Assembly: GCA_964016885.1 (NCBI GenBank)
Contig: OZ024746.1
Coordinates: 79,794,001-79,858,000, forward strand
Origin: Eledone cirrhosa
Taxonomy: Eukaryota
Direction of reading: 5' to 3'
DNA: 64,000 nt
Notes under the pieces: generated by a model
Told to the model about the DNA's origin: nothing
Databases searched by the model: none
Seen by the model: the letters and a program-made list of their open reading frames with translations, nothing else
Shown here: positions 1-15,478 of the stretch, in pieces
Layout: each line of letters begins with the position of its first letter
How positions within the stretch are numbered: the first letter of the stretch is position 1
Translations under genes and position numbers: made by a program

Positions 1-47
1 CATTTTCTATTATCTGCCTATTTGTATTTATATGCTGATATATATTG

Positions 48-351
48 GAAATCTCTGTCGGTTCCGACGCCGAGTGTTCCAGATGTTTGATCTAAGGAAC
101 AGCCAGTAATGTTAACCTGTAAGTGGTTCAGCATTCCACAGACCAGTACACCCTTAACGTATTTCTCAGTGACCAAGCTGGGCTCTTTGAATCACATGAA
201 CAACTTGTTTTTTGCCAGCTGAAAGGACTGGGGCAACATGAACTAAAGTGTTGTTGCTCAAAGAGACAACATGACGTTCGCCCCGGGTGTCGATCTCACA
301 ACTTGATATTTGGGATGCGAACAACCTAAGCACTAAGCAACGCACTTTCAC
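48..351 (-). mobile_element. tRNA-derived SINE (CORE-like body), degenerate
   Basis: Minus strand starts with a tRNA-like head (GTGCGTTGCTTAGTGCTTAGG...GAGATCGACACCC), then a CORE-like TGTCTCTTTGAGCAACAACACTTTAGTTCATGTTGCCCCAGTCC segment. The same body recurs at 49215-49345. Confidence 0.7.
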
Positions 352-1211
352 ACATTGATATAAACATGACGGAACACACGCACCTTATCTAAGATGATGG
401 CCCTCATTCTGTGGTGGCCTAAATATGGGCTTATTTTACTGAATGGTTAATTCAACCCCGATAGTCCTATATATCCCTAAAAAGATGGAATTCTCGTAGG
501 TTGAATATTTTTTAAAATTATAGATTAGGACTAAACAACATGGGATGTTTCAACTGGAAATCAAATCTGTATAGGTGACTCTGTTCTCCGGAAACTTACC
601 ATCAAACTACTACATATAAAATATCAATAACATTAAAATTGACCTCTCCTTACAGCATACAAACTTACATTCTATCATGAATTTTATATACTAAACAATT
701 TTGCCGCGCCAGACAATCAGTCTTTCATTGCCAACCAGATCAACAATAGATTTTGCCACTCTGAATCAGTTAATTGCCTGCTATTTTCCTCCTGATCCAC
801 TCACTATATACGCCTTCCTCTCTTCATCTGGTCACATATGTCTCACTCCGCCTCCCCAATAACTACTATGTCAAATACTTCACAATTGGACCATCAACCA
901 CTTTCCATGGAATTATTTTATGATCACTTTTTGCGGCGACACAAGTCGAGCTACAGTTGTTTAATCTGCACATCAATCTCACCGACGATAAGCCTCCATT
1001 GTCAGACGTAGCAGGATATTTGATCGTATCAGTTAAACAAATGGGCCTTGTACGAAGTGGAATATACGCAACGATAGAAAGAATATTTATCGGCGCAAAC
1101 ATGGCTGTGTGGTTAAAGAGTTTGTTTTATAACGACATGGCTCTGCGTTCAGACCAGCAGCACGACACCTCACGGAAACTGCAGAAGCACGTCAGATATG
1201 TATATATATAT

Positions 1212-2234
1212 TCATCTGTATTCATTAATGTAATTGCCATTGTTTTCTATGACTTTAATCCACCTAGCAGGCAATTTAAATATTCCACCGGCATAGAACT
1301 CGGTTGTTTTTAAGAAAAGGAATCGTTTGTGTGGGTTTTGTCACCATCTAAATCATTAAATGATTTTCCGTTTAGAGAGGTCTACAGAGACAAAAACAAA
1401 TGATAATCAGATGATGCAATGTCAGAGGAGTATAGTGGATGGGGAAAGACATACCACCCAAGTCCAGGCAACTTTGTACGGGTAGCAAAAGACTCGTGGC
1501 CCAGCATTATTCTGGTGAAACACCAACCCATTTCTGTTGAAGGGCTCTGGCCTCAAGTCCTTGATCTTCTGATTTAAATTTGCAAGGTGACGGCAGTACA
1601 TATCAGAATTGATGCTCTGATTTTGTGGGAGTAGCTCAAAATAAATAATGCCTTTGAAATCCCACCAGACACAAAGCATGACCTTTTAATGAATATTCTG
1701 CTTTGGAAGCTGTTTTGGAGGATCCTCAAGTAAACATCAGGATCTTTTTCTCACTATATTATCGTAAACAATCCACTTTCATCTCCAGTTACCAGTTGTT
1801 TCAGGAAAGGCTTAGTTTCATTGCGTTTCAGAAGCATATCACAGATAGAATACCGGTCCTTTCAGTTTTGTTCTGACAATTTGTGGGGCACCCAAACATC
1901 ATAGCCAGAAACATACACAAGTTTCACTAAGTGTTCGTGAACGGTACTTTTGGAAACTTCTGGTCGTAATGTTCGAGTTTTCTTCAATGGCTACCTTCAA
2001 AATATCATCATCTAAGGTTAAGGGCCTTCTACAGCGACTGTCATCTTCCAAGCTGAACTCACCACGTTTAAATCTAGCAAACCATCTTCGAATAGTTAAT
2101 TCTCCTACAGCATCTTCACCATAAACTCCACAAATTATTTTGCACGTTTTCGCAGCATTTTCATCTTTTTGGAGGGAGAAGAAAAGCATTAAGTGCCGAA
2201 TATGCAACTTTTGGTTATGTATGTCAAATGGCAA
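1212..2234 (-). pseudogene. Mariner transposase pseudogene
   Basis: Motifs are spread over several frames (ORFs 1899-2234 and 1422-1679) with stops and frameshifts. The second catalytic Asp (HHDNA consensus) reads HQNNA. Confidence 0.9.
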
Positions 2235-2403
2235 TTAGATCTAAAAGAAGTAAAATATATGCTGATTTTTAACGTGTAACTTAGCTAGTCGGCTTCGATA
2301 CTGTAAGCCATTGTGAAATATGAGTGGTGCAAAGATTAGGATTGTTGCATGAAGGGTTTAAAGACTAATCTTTAAATCACTCAGAACTTTCCGGATAACC
2401 TAA
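1212..2403 (-). mobile_element. Decayed mariner (D,D34D-type) DNA transposon; 5' TIR only
   Basis: TIR-like TTAGGTTATCCGGAAAGTTCTGAGTGATTT at 2374-2403. The minus strand gives HTH region IRRWFARFKRGEFSLEDDSR, VWVPHKL, TGDE(K)W, MLCVWWDFKGIIYFELL, HQNNAGP, YSSDIASSDYHLF and LPARWIKVIENNGNYI. No matching 3' TIR is visible. Confidence 0.93.
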
Positions 2404-2974
2404 AATAATACTAAATTAGAAGACGCTTTAGTCTCCAATCGGTAAGATGATCAGCCAATAAGAGAATAGATACGAGGTTTGAACGGAGCAAATAAAAAGT
2501 TAAGAATATTTTCTCGCGGACAGAACACTGTGACACCAAGTAGAACAGCAATACCTTTGGTAGAGGTGGAAACTGCCCAAGTCCATTTCAACGGCTGAGG
2601 ACCTGAAGTCTTGTGCTTTTAGCTTGTCTTTTTTTTTTTTTTTTTTTTTGCCATTATAGGTTTATCCTCACTCATTGCCTTTTTCTACTTATACAATAAT
2701 TTATACTATATATATATGTGGGGTGGGGTGGGGGGTGCGTGTGTGTGTAGTCGTATTTATTGAGTTTCTTACAAAATAATTATGATATTTCAACAAAAGG
2801 AGTTGGTGGTTCACTATGCTTCTTCGAAGGAACATCAACTCGCTTTGCTGAAACATAATAGCTATGTTGTAAGGAACTGAATAAATAAAATTATATGTGC
2901 TCTATTATCAATATTGGTTACTGCAACACTTGTGGGCTAATAAGGTCACTGAATTTACACATTACACACGCACA

Positions 2975-3013
<39 letters not shown>

Positions 3014-3014
3014 C

Positions 3015-3052
<38 letters not shown>

Positions 3053-3239
3053 CACACACATAAGCGTTAAAAATGCCTGTTGTGTATGATTTATGTAAAT
3101 CACACGTAATAGTTATATTTACCACAAGAATCCCACCCTCTACCACACACACATATAACCTCTATACTCCACCCACTCACCGCCATTGTTGACATATTTC
3201 TATTTATATAATACAGGATAGTATGTGCAACGAATGTGG

Positions 3240-5470
3240 CGATGGTGGTGGTGGTCGTGGGGGTGGTGTTAGTGGTGCTGGTGGTGGTGGTAGTGGTGGT
3301 GGTGGTGTTAGTGGTGGTGGTGGTGGTGGTGGTGTTAGTGGTGCTGGTGGTGGTGGTGTTAGTGGTGGTGGTGTTGGTGGTGTTAGTGGTGATGATGGTG
3401 GTGGTGTTAGTGGTGGTGGTGGTGGTGGTGTTAGTGGTGGTGGTGGTGGTGGTGGTAGTGGTGGTGGTGGTGGTGGTGGTGTTAGTGGTGGTGGTGGTGG
3501 TGGTGTTAGTGGTGGTGGTGGTGGTGGTGGTGGTAGTGGTGGTGGTGGTGGTGGTAGTGGTGGTGGTAGTGGTGTTAGTGGTGGTGGTGGTGGTGGTGGT
3601 GGTGTTAATGGTGTGGTGGTGGTGGTGTTAGTGGTGGTAGTGGTGGTGTTAGTGGTGGTGGTGGTGGTGGTGTTAGTGGTGATGGTGGTGGTGGTGTTAG
3701 TGGTGGTGGTGGTGGTAGTGGTGGTGGTAGTGGTGTTAGTGGTGGTGGTGGTGGTGGTGGTGGTGGTGTTAATGGTGTGGTGGTGGTGGTGTTAGTGGTG
3801 GTAGTAGTGTTGTTAGTGGTGGTGGTGGTGGTGGTGTTAGTGGTGATGGTGGTGGTAGTGATGGTGCTGGTGGTGGTGGTGGTGGTGGTGGTGGTGGTGG
3901 CGTTAGTGGTGGTGGTGGTGTTAGTGGTGGTGGTGGTGGTGGTGGTGGTGTTAGTGGTGGTAGTGGTGTTAGTGGTGGTGTTAGTGGTGGTGGTGGTGTT
4001 AGTGGTGGTGGTGGTAGTGGTGGTGGTGGTGGTGTTAGTGGTGGTGGTGGCGTTAGTGGTGGTGGTGGTAGTGGTGGTGGTGGTGATGGTAGTGGTGGTG
4101 GTGGTGTTAGTGGTGGTGGTAGTGGTGATGGTGGTGGTAGTGATGGTGGTGTTAGTGGTGGTAGTGGTGGTGGTGGTAGTGGTGGTGGTGGTGGTGTTAG
4201 TGGTGGTGGTGGTGTTAGTGGTGGTGGTAGTGGTGTTAGTGGTGGTGGTGGTGGTGGTGGTGTTAATGGTGGTGGTGGTGTTGGTGGTGGTGTTAGTGGT
4301 GGTGGTGGTGGTGGTGGTAGTGGTGCTGGTGGTGTTAGTGGTGGTGGTGGTGGTGGTACTGTGGAGTAATGTATGTCTCTTCACTTCTCTCTTTAGAGGT
4401 TTGGCTCTATAGATACATTGTTTAGTTTCTACCGCACCTCTCTGTTGACCATTTACTTACCAAATGTCTTAGTCATTGTTGTTGATCTTGTCGCTGTTGT
4501 TGTTGCTGTTGGTGGTGGTAGTGGTGGTGGTGGTAGTGGTGGTGGTGGTGGTGGTGGTGGTGGTGGTGGTGGTGGTGGTGGTGGTGGTGGTGGTGGTGGT
4601 GGTGGTGGTAGTGGTGGTGGTGGTGGTAGTGGGGGTAGTGGTGGTGGTGGTGGTGGTGGTGGTGGTGGTGGTGGTGGTGGTGGTGGTGGTGGTGGTGTGT
4701 GTGGGGGGGGGGGGGGTAGTGGTGGTGGTGGTAGTGGTGGTGGTGGTGGTGGTGGTGGTAGTGGTGGTGGTGGTGGTGGTAGTGGTGGTGGTAGTGGTGG
4801 TGGTGGTGGTAGTGGTGGTGGTGGTAGTGGTGGTGGTGGTGGTAGTGGTGGTGGTAGTGGTGGTGGTGGTGGTAGTGGTGGTGGTGGTAGTGGTGGTGGT
4901 GGTGGTAGTGGTGGTGGTGCTGGTGGTGGTGCTACTGCTGTTGTTGTTGCTGTTATTGTTGGTGTTGGGGGTGGTAGTGGTAATGGTGGTGGTAGTGGTG
5001 GTGGTGGTTCTACTGCTGTTGTTGTTGCTGTTATTGTTGGTGGTGGTAGTGGTGGTGGTAGTGGTGGTGGTGGTAGTGGTGGTGGTAGTGGTGCTGCTGT
5101 TGTTGTTTTTGTTGTTGTTGCTGTTGTTGTTGTTGGTAGTGGTAGTGGTAGTGGTGGTGGTGGTGGTAGTGGTGGTAGTGGTGGTAGTGGTGGTGGTGGT
5201 GCTACTACTGTTGTTGTTGCTGTTATTGTTGGTGTTGGTGGTGGTGGTAGTGGTGGTGGTAGTGGTGCTGCTGTTGTTGTTGTTGTTGCTGCTGCTATTG
5301 TTGGTGTTGGTGGTGTTGGTAGTGGTAGTGGTGCTGCTGTTGTTGGTGGTGGTGCTGTTGCTGCTGTTGTTGTTGCTGTTGTTGTTGTTGTCGCTGTTAA
5401 GTTGTTGCTGCTGTTGTTGTTGCTGGTGGTGGTAGGTGGTGCTGTTGTTGTTGCTGTTGTTGTTGTTGTT
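3240..5470. repeat. Degenerate (GGT)n/(GTT)n trinucleotide array
   Basis: Direct reading; source of the poly-G/V/T ORFs. Confidence 0.97.
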
Positions 5471-5592
5471 GTGTGTTTTCTAGTGATGTGCCCGCCTTTG
5501 TCTTCTTTACATAAATTTGATATTTATATATTTGATATCAGCTACATTACTTGTTTCAATATGCAAGCGGATATATATATACTTACATATAC

Positions 5593-5662
<70 letters not shown>

Positions 5663-5733
5663 TTATGTGTGTGTGTGTGTGTGCGTGCGTGTGTGTGTGT
5701 GCGTGTGTGTGCGTGCGTGTGCATGTGTGTGTA

Positions 5734-5764
<31 letters not shown>

Positions 5765-5803
5765 GTGTGTGCGTGTGTGTGTGCGCGCGTGTGCGTGTGT
5801 GTA

Positions 5804-5835
<32 letters not shown>

Positions 5836-5838
5836 TGT

Positions 5839-5882
<44 letters not shown>

Positions 5883-6216
5883 GTGTGGGCGCGTGTGCGT
5901 GCGTGTGCGTGTGTGTATGTGTGTGTATGTGTGTGTGTGTGTGTATTCATAGACAAACACTTTAACACATATGCAGGCATATATATGTAATGTATGCGCA
6001 AATATTGAAATTGCGAATTGATGTGTTTGTTCGTGTGCATGTGTGTACATGTGTGTGCATGTGTGTACATGTGTGTACATGTGTGTGCATGCGTGTGCAT
6101 GCGTGTACGTGTGTGTCCATGCATAAGTGTGCTTGTCTGTTTGTGTTTATGTGCGTAACACTTTTAATATTATTCCCGATATCTCTGCACTCTCTGATGT
6201 AAGTTATATGTATGTG

Positions 6217-6249
<33 letters not shown>

Positions 6250-6290
6250 TTGTGTGTGTATATATATGTGTGTGTGTGTGTTTGTGTGTG

Positions 6291-6363
<73 letters not shown>

Positions 6364-6437
6364 TTATATATGATGTAAGTACGTATACATTTATATTGAG
6401 TACATATATATATATGTGTATATATATATATATATAT

Positions 6438-6469
<32 letters not shown>

Positions 6470-6471
6470 AT

Positions 6472-6547
<76 letters not shown>

Positions 6548-6653
6548 ATAGGGAGAAAGAGACGATTATGAGGACGAAAAATATATACTTTTTCTTTTTC
6601 TGTGTCTCTCTCTCTCTCTTTTCTGGGTTAGAAAATGATTAAAACGAAATACA

Positions 6654-6722
<69 letters not shown>

Positions 6723-7289
6723 ACATATGACCCTGATACGATGATTCCACCTACATAGACTTTAAAGACCGTCGTAATACATCATAATGCAGTTATAAGC
6801 ACACACATATACGCATATACACAAACAGACACACAAACAAACACACAAACAAACACCCACACACACATGCACGCACACGCACACACACACACATATATAT
6901 AATATTTGAGCAATTTTTAAAGCATGGTGCTTAGTGTATAAATGTGTTTGGCCGTTGGCTTTTGTTGCAATATGCATCCCACAATATGTATAAAGCTACG
7001 TGTAATTTTGCATGATAGTGTTGGTATCTCTACGTAAGTATATATTTACGATTAACTGTTGAACTATGTAAAACTATTTATGTATCTTTATGTCATAAGA
7101 ACCAGCATGTACATTCTGATTCTCTCCCTTTTTATTCTTTTTCAGTCTCCCTCCTTCTTTCTCACTCACTGTCACCGGTCTTTTTCTTTCTCTTTCTCTC
7201 CCTCCATTTTTTCTCATTCACTTTCTATCTCTTTTTTTTTTTTTCTCTCATTCTGTCTCTCTCTCTCTCTTTTTACCCCCCCCCCCCTC

Positions 7290-7344
<55 letters not shown>

Positions 7345-7565
7345 CATATATATATATATATTCATATATATATATATATGAGTGTATAATGTATTAAGTA
7401 AACTTGGTTGTTCTATTTATTATATATATATATGTATATATATATGTATATATATATATATGTGTGTGTGTGGGCGTGTGTGTCGGGGTGTATGTGTGTG
7501 TATGTGTGTGTGTGTGTGTGTGTGTGCAAGTGGCTTGCATATGTGTTTTGCTGTAATGAGACATG

Positions 7566-7645
<80 letters not shown>

Positions 7646-8465
7646 TGTGTGTGTATATGTGCGTTCAATAATTTTCCTATAATATAAACGAACGGAAATT
7701 GAGCGGTATGTGGTTTGGGTACAGGGAAAGGTTTTAGAAATCGACAAAAGAAATAGTAATAATGAAACACCAACAATAACACCAACAACGACATCACCTA
7801 CAACAACACAACAACACCATAAAAATCAACAATAGTAAAAATAAAAAAAAATTGAAATTGTGGTTAAATCATGAACAACAGCTACAGTAACAACAACAGT
7901 TATAACAACTACCCCAACAGTAATAATAAAAACTACAAGAACAACCGCAACAACAATTGTAACAGCAATGATAGACAAGCTTATTTCTTTTTATTTTTAC
8001 TCTCCAAAAATTGGAGCTAAATAAGAAGAGATTTTGTGTGTTCAGAAAGGTTATTTTCTGTCGCATATGTTATGACATTAGGGTATGGGACTGAAAGGCG
8101 TTCAAACACCGACGTGGCCAAACATACTTTTATCTTTCAAGGCATCGGTAGATGGATGTTTGATAAAATATGCACCGTTCAATACTAGGATCCTTTTATT
8201 TTCACGTTTGCCTGTGTATATATTATCTAGTTATCATACCGTTTCTCCTCTAATCATATTGTATATAGAAGCGAGATAAAATATAAAGTACTCAATACAT
8301 TTGATGAAGTTTATTTCTTTACGGCAATGAAGAGAAGTACAAGAAAGCTTGGGATATATATATAGCGGAGGATGGCTACTTCTTTTTCTGTATTTTAATG
8401 GTCTTCACTCTATTTTATAAACTATTTCTGTAGCACCTCTGCGCTTGAGTGCATCATCCTTTATA

Positions 8466-8577
<112 letters not shown>

Positions 8578-8579
8578 TA

Positions 8580-8668
8580 TAGAGAAAAATACTGCAGGTA
8601 GCACATGGATAACATGTAATAAAATAAGTCCCTCATCAGTGATTTGCCGAAGATCATAGATATTTCAT
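8580..8668 (-). mobile_element. (TA)n-associated element family A, fragment
   Basis: AATACTGCAGGTAGCACATGG...GTCCCTCATCAGTGATTTGCC aligns with 20136-20265 and 26378-26497. Confidence 0.65.
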
Positions 8669-8675
8669 ATACATA

Positions 8676-8706
<31 letters not shown>

Positions 8707-9486
8707 AGAATTTCTTCTAGTCCTCATCGTTGCTTCAAAGCAGCATGAGTCGATGAATGTGGAATGGCCCGATCAAGAATATATATATATGTTGAATTCA
8801 TAGTTGTATTTATACAGTACGGAGGTAACGGAGAGTGCGTGAATGTGTATATAAATTTATACCTTCAATATTTAGACACATATTTCCATGTAGATCTAAA
8901 AAAATGGAATGTCTTGAATCGATATTCGAACCATTTTGGTTCTCACCGGGAGACATTTTTTTTCCATTGCTGATACTACTCGATGATCGAACACAGTTCT
9001 GGCAGAACGAGGTGAGATTTGAACTCAGATCGCGCAGAGCCCCCCCCCTCCCCCCCCCAAAAAAAAACTCCGGTCTCTTTTAAAATTCAGGTAATCAACC
9101 ACCTGAGACACTGCAACTATATTTTTTTACCCTGAAAGGATAAAAGCTAAAGTTGACATTAGTAGAGATACAGCATATATAGATACTCTCCTGAACCAAA
9201 ATATGACTGAACTTGGATTTTTTTTTTTTTTTAGAAAGAAGGCAGCACCTTAATTAATGGCCTTGGTATCCATAGCTTTCAAAATCTGTGAAACGTTCAT
9301 AAGATTCAAAGAATGAGCATTTGCATAAGACACAGCGGAATTGAATTTTTTTCTTCATTACATCCTTGCTCCCGGGAAGATGGCCAGCCAGAAAAATACT
9401 GGAAATTAAGAAAAAGTAACATACCTTCATGCACTCCCGCTCGCAAATACACACACACACACACACACACATAAAAATACACAGAC

Positions 9487-9603
<117 letters not shown>

Positions 9604-10061
9604 CTTTGTCTCTCTCTCTCTATATATATATATATACTTTCTATATATATATATATATGTAACTGCCTCATAGATATATAGCCATACAGCCTTGTCAAAA
9701 AGCAACCAATTGACAAAATATTCTCGGTTTTTGCAAAATTGATTTTAGGCAGAAGTCATAAAAAAATGAACCAGTAAACGTTTATATTACATTCAACTAG
9801 GCAGTTACTTTCCTAAATCTGTACTTTTTACGATTTACCTCCACATTTCTGCAGGTGGTATTATTTTTCTTTCGTCCTTTTACTTATGTTATAGATCTTT
9901 TTGTTGTGAGCATTAACATATTTTTTTTTTTATGTATATTATTGTGTTATTTTTCATATTTCCGGATATCTTTCATTTCTCATATTTTATTTATTTCCCT
10001 CTGCTCTAAATGCATGTAGATATATGGACACATAAACGTGCGCACATCCACACTCACACAA

Positions 10062-10125
<64 letters not shown>

Positions 10126-10150
10126 GTATATACACATATATATGTGTATG

Positions 10151-10228
<78 letters not shown>

Positions 10229-10397
10229 TCGGTTTTTGCATTCTCTTACTTTAAATGTTTAATATCTTTTTGTACAACCATACGCGTAAACACTAATACA
10301 TATATCTATATATGTATGTGTGTCTGTGTGTGTGTGTGTTAGAGAGAGAGAGAGAGAGAAAGAGACAGAGAAAGAGGGAAAGAGAGGGAGAGGGAGA

Positions 10398-10484
<87 letters not shown>

Positions 10485-11546
10485 TGTGTGTGTGTGTGTG
10501 CGTATGTGTGTATGTGTGTAAATGTGGGTGTTTGCTTGGAGCATTGTGGAAAGTATAGAAAATTTACAAGATTTTTTAAATGTACAGCAATGCTAATAGG
10601 ATATTAAATGTTAAAAATACCGTTGTTGGAATTTTGCATTGGGGATGTTTAATCGCTCCTTAATATTTCGGGATAAAACCCCTTTGTCAAGAGTCGGGGC
10701 AAAATATCTTGTTGTTATTAGCTGGCATTTTGGAATGTCTTTTTCAATGCTGAAAGTGGTGATTCTATGACGTGATATGGGTTCTATGTCATGTTCTACT
10801 CTAAGCTATGGCTGTATCTATTTGGGGAATAATATGAAGTCTGGCAGTAAGTTTATGATAGCCACTGGATATTGAATTGTAGTGTGTTGATATTGAATTG
10901 TAGTGTTGAATCTATTATGTATTAGAATAGATTCCTTGATTCAGAGATTGCCGTAGCAGACTTGAGATGACTATGGTCTCCTGACGAGGCCCTGAAATAC
11001 CAAATCATAGCAGTATATCTCACGCTACATGCTAATAAAAATCATGAATACCAGTAAACACGATGATTGATAATTTTCTTAAAGATTGATACTTAACTTC
11101 TGGAAATTATCTCCCTTCCCTTTCGGAGTCACTTGAAATTGCCACGAGGTTTTCGTGTCCTTTCTCCAATTACTAGGAAGTTAATTTCAATTCATTGAAC
11201 ATGTTTTACAAACCACATCTGATACATCACCTCCTGTTTCATATATCTATTTGTCTGTCTAGATACATTTTTCTGGGCCTTCATTATAAGTCAAATACTT
11301 TTAGTAAGATTTTTATCCATATTTCTATTCAGATGTTTTTTACTTTTCGTCTTTTACTCTTTCACTTTCTCTTCTACTCTCTTTCTCGTTTCTCTCCATC
11401 ACTATTTATCGCCCACACTCACACAGAAACACACGATACATCTATCTCTCTATCTATCTATATGTCAATTTATTTATATATTTATTCATTTATCTATCAA
11501 TATATATCATACGTATCATGTATATAAATACTTACATATACATATG

Positions 11547-11616
<70 letters not shown>

Positions 11617-11758
11617 GAGAGAGAGAGAGAAGGAGTCAGATAGAAAGAAAGATAGATAGATACACCTATATATTATATACACATATTTATTATATATGCG
11701 TGTTTTTGTGAGCATATGTATAAATGCATTTACACACATACGTACACAAACACACACG

Positions 11759-11823
<65 letters not shown>

Positions 11824-11924
11824 GAGCGCCCGTGTGTGGGTGTTGGTGGGCGGGTATGTTCGTAATCTCTACCTTTTAGCACAGCAGCAAACTGTCATCT
11901 TCCTAATCATCTCTCTCTATATCT

Positions 11925-11958
<34 letters not shown>

Positions 11959-12008
11959 CACTCACTCTCTCTCTCTCTCACACACATTCTCTCTCTTTCT
12001 CTAGCTTT

Positions 12009-12045
<37 letters not shown>

Positions 12046-12419
12046 CCGCTCTCTCTCTCTAGCTTTCCTTTACTTCGGTCTTGTACTCATTCCTTCTTCC
12101 ACATCTTCTCTCCCTCCAAGCCATCCCTCCTCTATTTCCCTCTATGATGAGATAATAAGCCGCCTGGGTGTCCATTTTATTGTCCCTAATAAGCCATCCA
12201 TTAGACAATTTTCTAGGACGGGTGAGAGGATTGAGCCAAGATTGGTAATGGAGGTGTGTAGAAGTTGGAGAAGGGTTGTGTGGAGATGTTATAAAGAGAT
12301 TGGAGGGGGATTGTAAGTGTATTGAGGCTGGTGTTTAGCGGGGTTTAGAATAGTTTTAAACTGCCTGAAGCTATGTAGTCACTGTGGTAAAGGTGGTGAT
12401 GGTGTTGGTGGTGGTGGTT

Positions 12420-12492
<73 letters not shown>

Positions 12493-12654
12493 AGTCATAG
12501 TTGGCACTATGACAATAATGTCTGGACCAATGTAGAAGACATTTTGGAAATATGATTGTTGTGATTTGTGGTGGGGGAGGGAGGTGGGGGTGCTGGTGGT
12601 GCTGGGGTGGTGGTAGTGCTGGGGGTGTTGATGCTGGCAGTGTAATTTGGGGGC

Positions 12655-12723
<69 letters not shown>

Positions 12724-12849
12724 GTGTTGGTGGTGATAGGGCTAGATGTGACCATTGTGGTTGCGGTGGTAGTACTTATGTTATTGTAGTAGTGGTGGTT
12801 GTAATGGTGTAGTAGTAAATTGTGGGGGTGATTTCGATTTTGATGTTGG

Positions 12850-13615
12850 TGGTTGTCGTCGTGATGATTGTTTGTGTGTTGGTTGTGATGGTGGTGGTTG
12901 TGATGGTGGTGGTGGTGGTAGTGGTTGTGATGGTGGTGGTGGTGGTGGTGGTAGTGGTGGTGGTGGTAGTGTATGTAGTGGTTGTGATGGTGGTAGTGGT
13001 TGTGATGGTGGTAGTGGTGCTGGTGCTGGTGGTGTATGTAGTGGTTGTGATGGTGGTAGTGGTTGTGATGGTGGTAGTGGTGGTGGTGGTGGTGTATGTA
13101 GTGGTTGTGATGGTGGTAGTGGTTGTGATGGTGGTAGTGGTGGTGGTGGTGGTGGTGGTGTATGTAGTGGTTGTGATGGTGGTAGTGGTTGTGGTGGTGG
13201 TAGTGGTGGTGGTGTTTGTAGTGGTTGTGATGGTGGTAGTGGTTGTGATGGTGGTGGTGGTGGTGGTGGTGGTGGTGGTTGTGATGGTGGTGGTGGTGGT
13301 GGTGTATGTAGTGGTTGTGATGATGGTTGTGGTTGTGATGGTGGTAGTGGTTGTGATGGTGGTGGTGGTGGTGGTTGTGATGGTGGTAGTGGTGGTGGTG
13401 GTGGTGTATGTAGTGGTTGTGATGATGGTAGTGGTTGTGATGGTGGTAGTGGTTGTGATGGTGGTAGTGGTGGTGGTGAAGGTGTATGTAGTGGTTGTGA
13501 TGGTGGTAATAGTTGTGATGGTGGTAGTGGTTGTGATGGTGGTAGTGGTGGTGTATGTAGTGGTTGTGATGATGGTAGTGGTTGTGATGGTGGTAGTGGT
13601 GGTGGTGGCGGCGGC
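12850..13615. repeat. (GGT)n-derived minisatellite with a recurring GTAGTGGTTGTGATGGTG unit
   Basis: Direct reading. Confidence 0.95.
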
Positions 13616-14198
13616 TTTTGATAGAAATGATAGGGTAATTGTAGGGAGTGGTGTTATTTGTGGTAATGGTAGTGGTGATCGAGTGGTGGTTGACAAGAGG
13701 GGTGGCAGAAAAAGGGAATAGGACATGGATAAAAGTTAATATGTCGTGTTTGTGTGTGGAGGGGTTTATAGCGGGATTAACATTTGTAGCGATGGTGGTG
13801 AAGGACTTTCTGTGAGCAGTGTGATTTGGTTGAGGAGATAAGTGGGATAGGTGGAGCAGTGTTACACTGATTGTAATAAGTGTTGTTAGTATTGTTATTT
13901 AGCCCCAGGTCAGTCCTAGTAGAGCAAACCTTTGAAGATACTTTAGTTGCAGCCATCGTGTCGTTTCAGACATAGTTTATCTTAGATAACAATATGCAAT
14001 ATATACTCTTAAAGAATATAGCTCAATGTGATTTGAGACAGATTTAGTTGGTATTTGTAGCAGGTCAAGAAACCACACAGGTCATTGTACATTGTAATAG
14101 CAGAAAGTCATTGCGGGAATTGGTGGTTTGTTAACAGACTACAACAAAATGTAAATGACATGAGATGGTTGAGCGCGCAAATGTGGGGTAGATCATTT

Positions 14199-14301
<103 letters not shown>

Positions 14302-14440
14302 GAGTATAGTGAGTAGGGGAATTTCAAGTAAGTGTGTTTATCGCAGTAATTTAGAGAGGGTGAAATCTAAAACAGCAAGCAGAGGAGATAACTGATGCAA
14401 TATCAGCTTATTGCTTATTCCAGCTTTTAAAAAAATTATA

Positions 14441-14631
14441 ATAATTGTTTACTTTCGACACAAGGCCAGCAATTATCCCAGTGTATTACTGGTACTTTGT
14501 TTTATCGACCCCGTAAGGATGAAAGGCAAAGTTAACCTCGGTGGGATTTGAACTCAGACCGTAAAGGGGCGTAACTCTATGCTACAAAGCATGGCGTCCG
14601 ACCCTCTACCGATACTGCCAATCCCGCACCC
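14441..14631 (-). mobile_element. tRNA-derived SINE (Meta-like central domain)
   Basis: Reverse complement of the 53510-53698 family (head ...GAGTTCAAATCCC, body GCCTTTCATCCTTACGGGGTCGATAAAA). The tail is partly duplicated at ~14647-14698. Confidence 0.9.
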
Positions 14632-15478
14632 TAAAAAAATGTATAATAATTGTTTCTACTTTAGGCACAAGGCCAGCAATTACCCAGTACATTACTGAAA
14701 AAAAATTATAATAATGCAATGAAGGAAGGTCTCGTCTTTGTATCTACTAGACTTGTTTCGATCTTGTTAAAGTTCTTCAGTGAAACATATTCGTTTGTTG
14801 TTGAGTTGATTAGAATGCCCAATATAAAGAGAGAGAAAGAGAAAGAGAAGACTATGCATTCTGAATATGTATATCAACATATTAGTGTATATCGTGTGTG
14901 GCAGTGAAAGAAAGAAAGAAAGAAAGAAAAAAAGAAAGAAAGAACAAAAGAAGAAGAAAACAAAAAGAGTGAGAAAATATGCGGAGTTAATTATTTCTAA
15001 AAAAAAAAAACATTATACACTATTTTGGAGGGTAAAGACTCACAATATTAGAATATAATTAGTTCGTAGATTGAAAAATAGAATCTATTGTTTATTTAAG
15101 TGGAATGAGTTATGTTAACTAATACAGAAATGAAATTAACTGTGATTAAAAATAAACTGTTTAAAAACAAACGACGATTAAAAATGAACCACAGTGATTT
15201 AAAATGCGAATTGTCATATTACTGCTAAATATGTTTTCTAATTTAAGTATAAAACCAGCAATTTGAACAGTCGATTTCAATCGACCCTGGTATTTGACTG
15301 GTACTATATTTTACCGACTTGGATAGGATGAAAAGCAAATTTCACCTCGACGGAAGTTGAACTCAGAGCGTAAAGCATCGCCGAGCCATAACTAAATACC
15401 GCCATTATTTTCTGCCAAACAAAATAAAATATATTACTAATCTTATTTAAAATACGAAATAGTAAAAAAGCAAATATA

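Noticed and set aside
388-435. HHR-like TAAG-ATGATGG...TAAA...CTTA
   Set aside because: Multiple core positions are wrong; indistinguishable from chance.
957-1313. 118-aa ORF
   Set aside because: It spans a SINE-head remnant, a TA run and the antisense of the mariner 3' end; chimeric and by chance.
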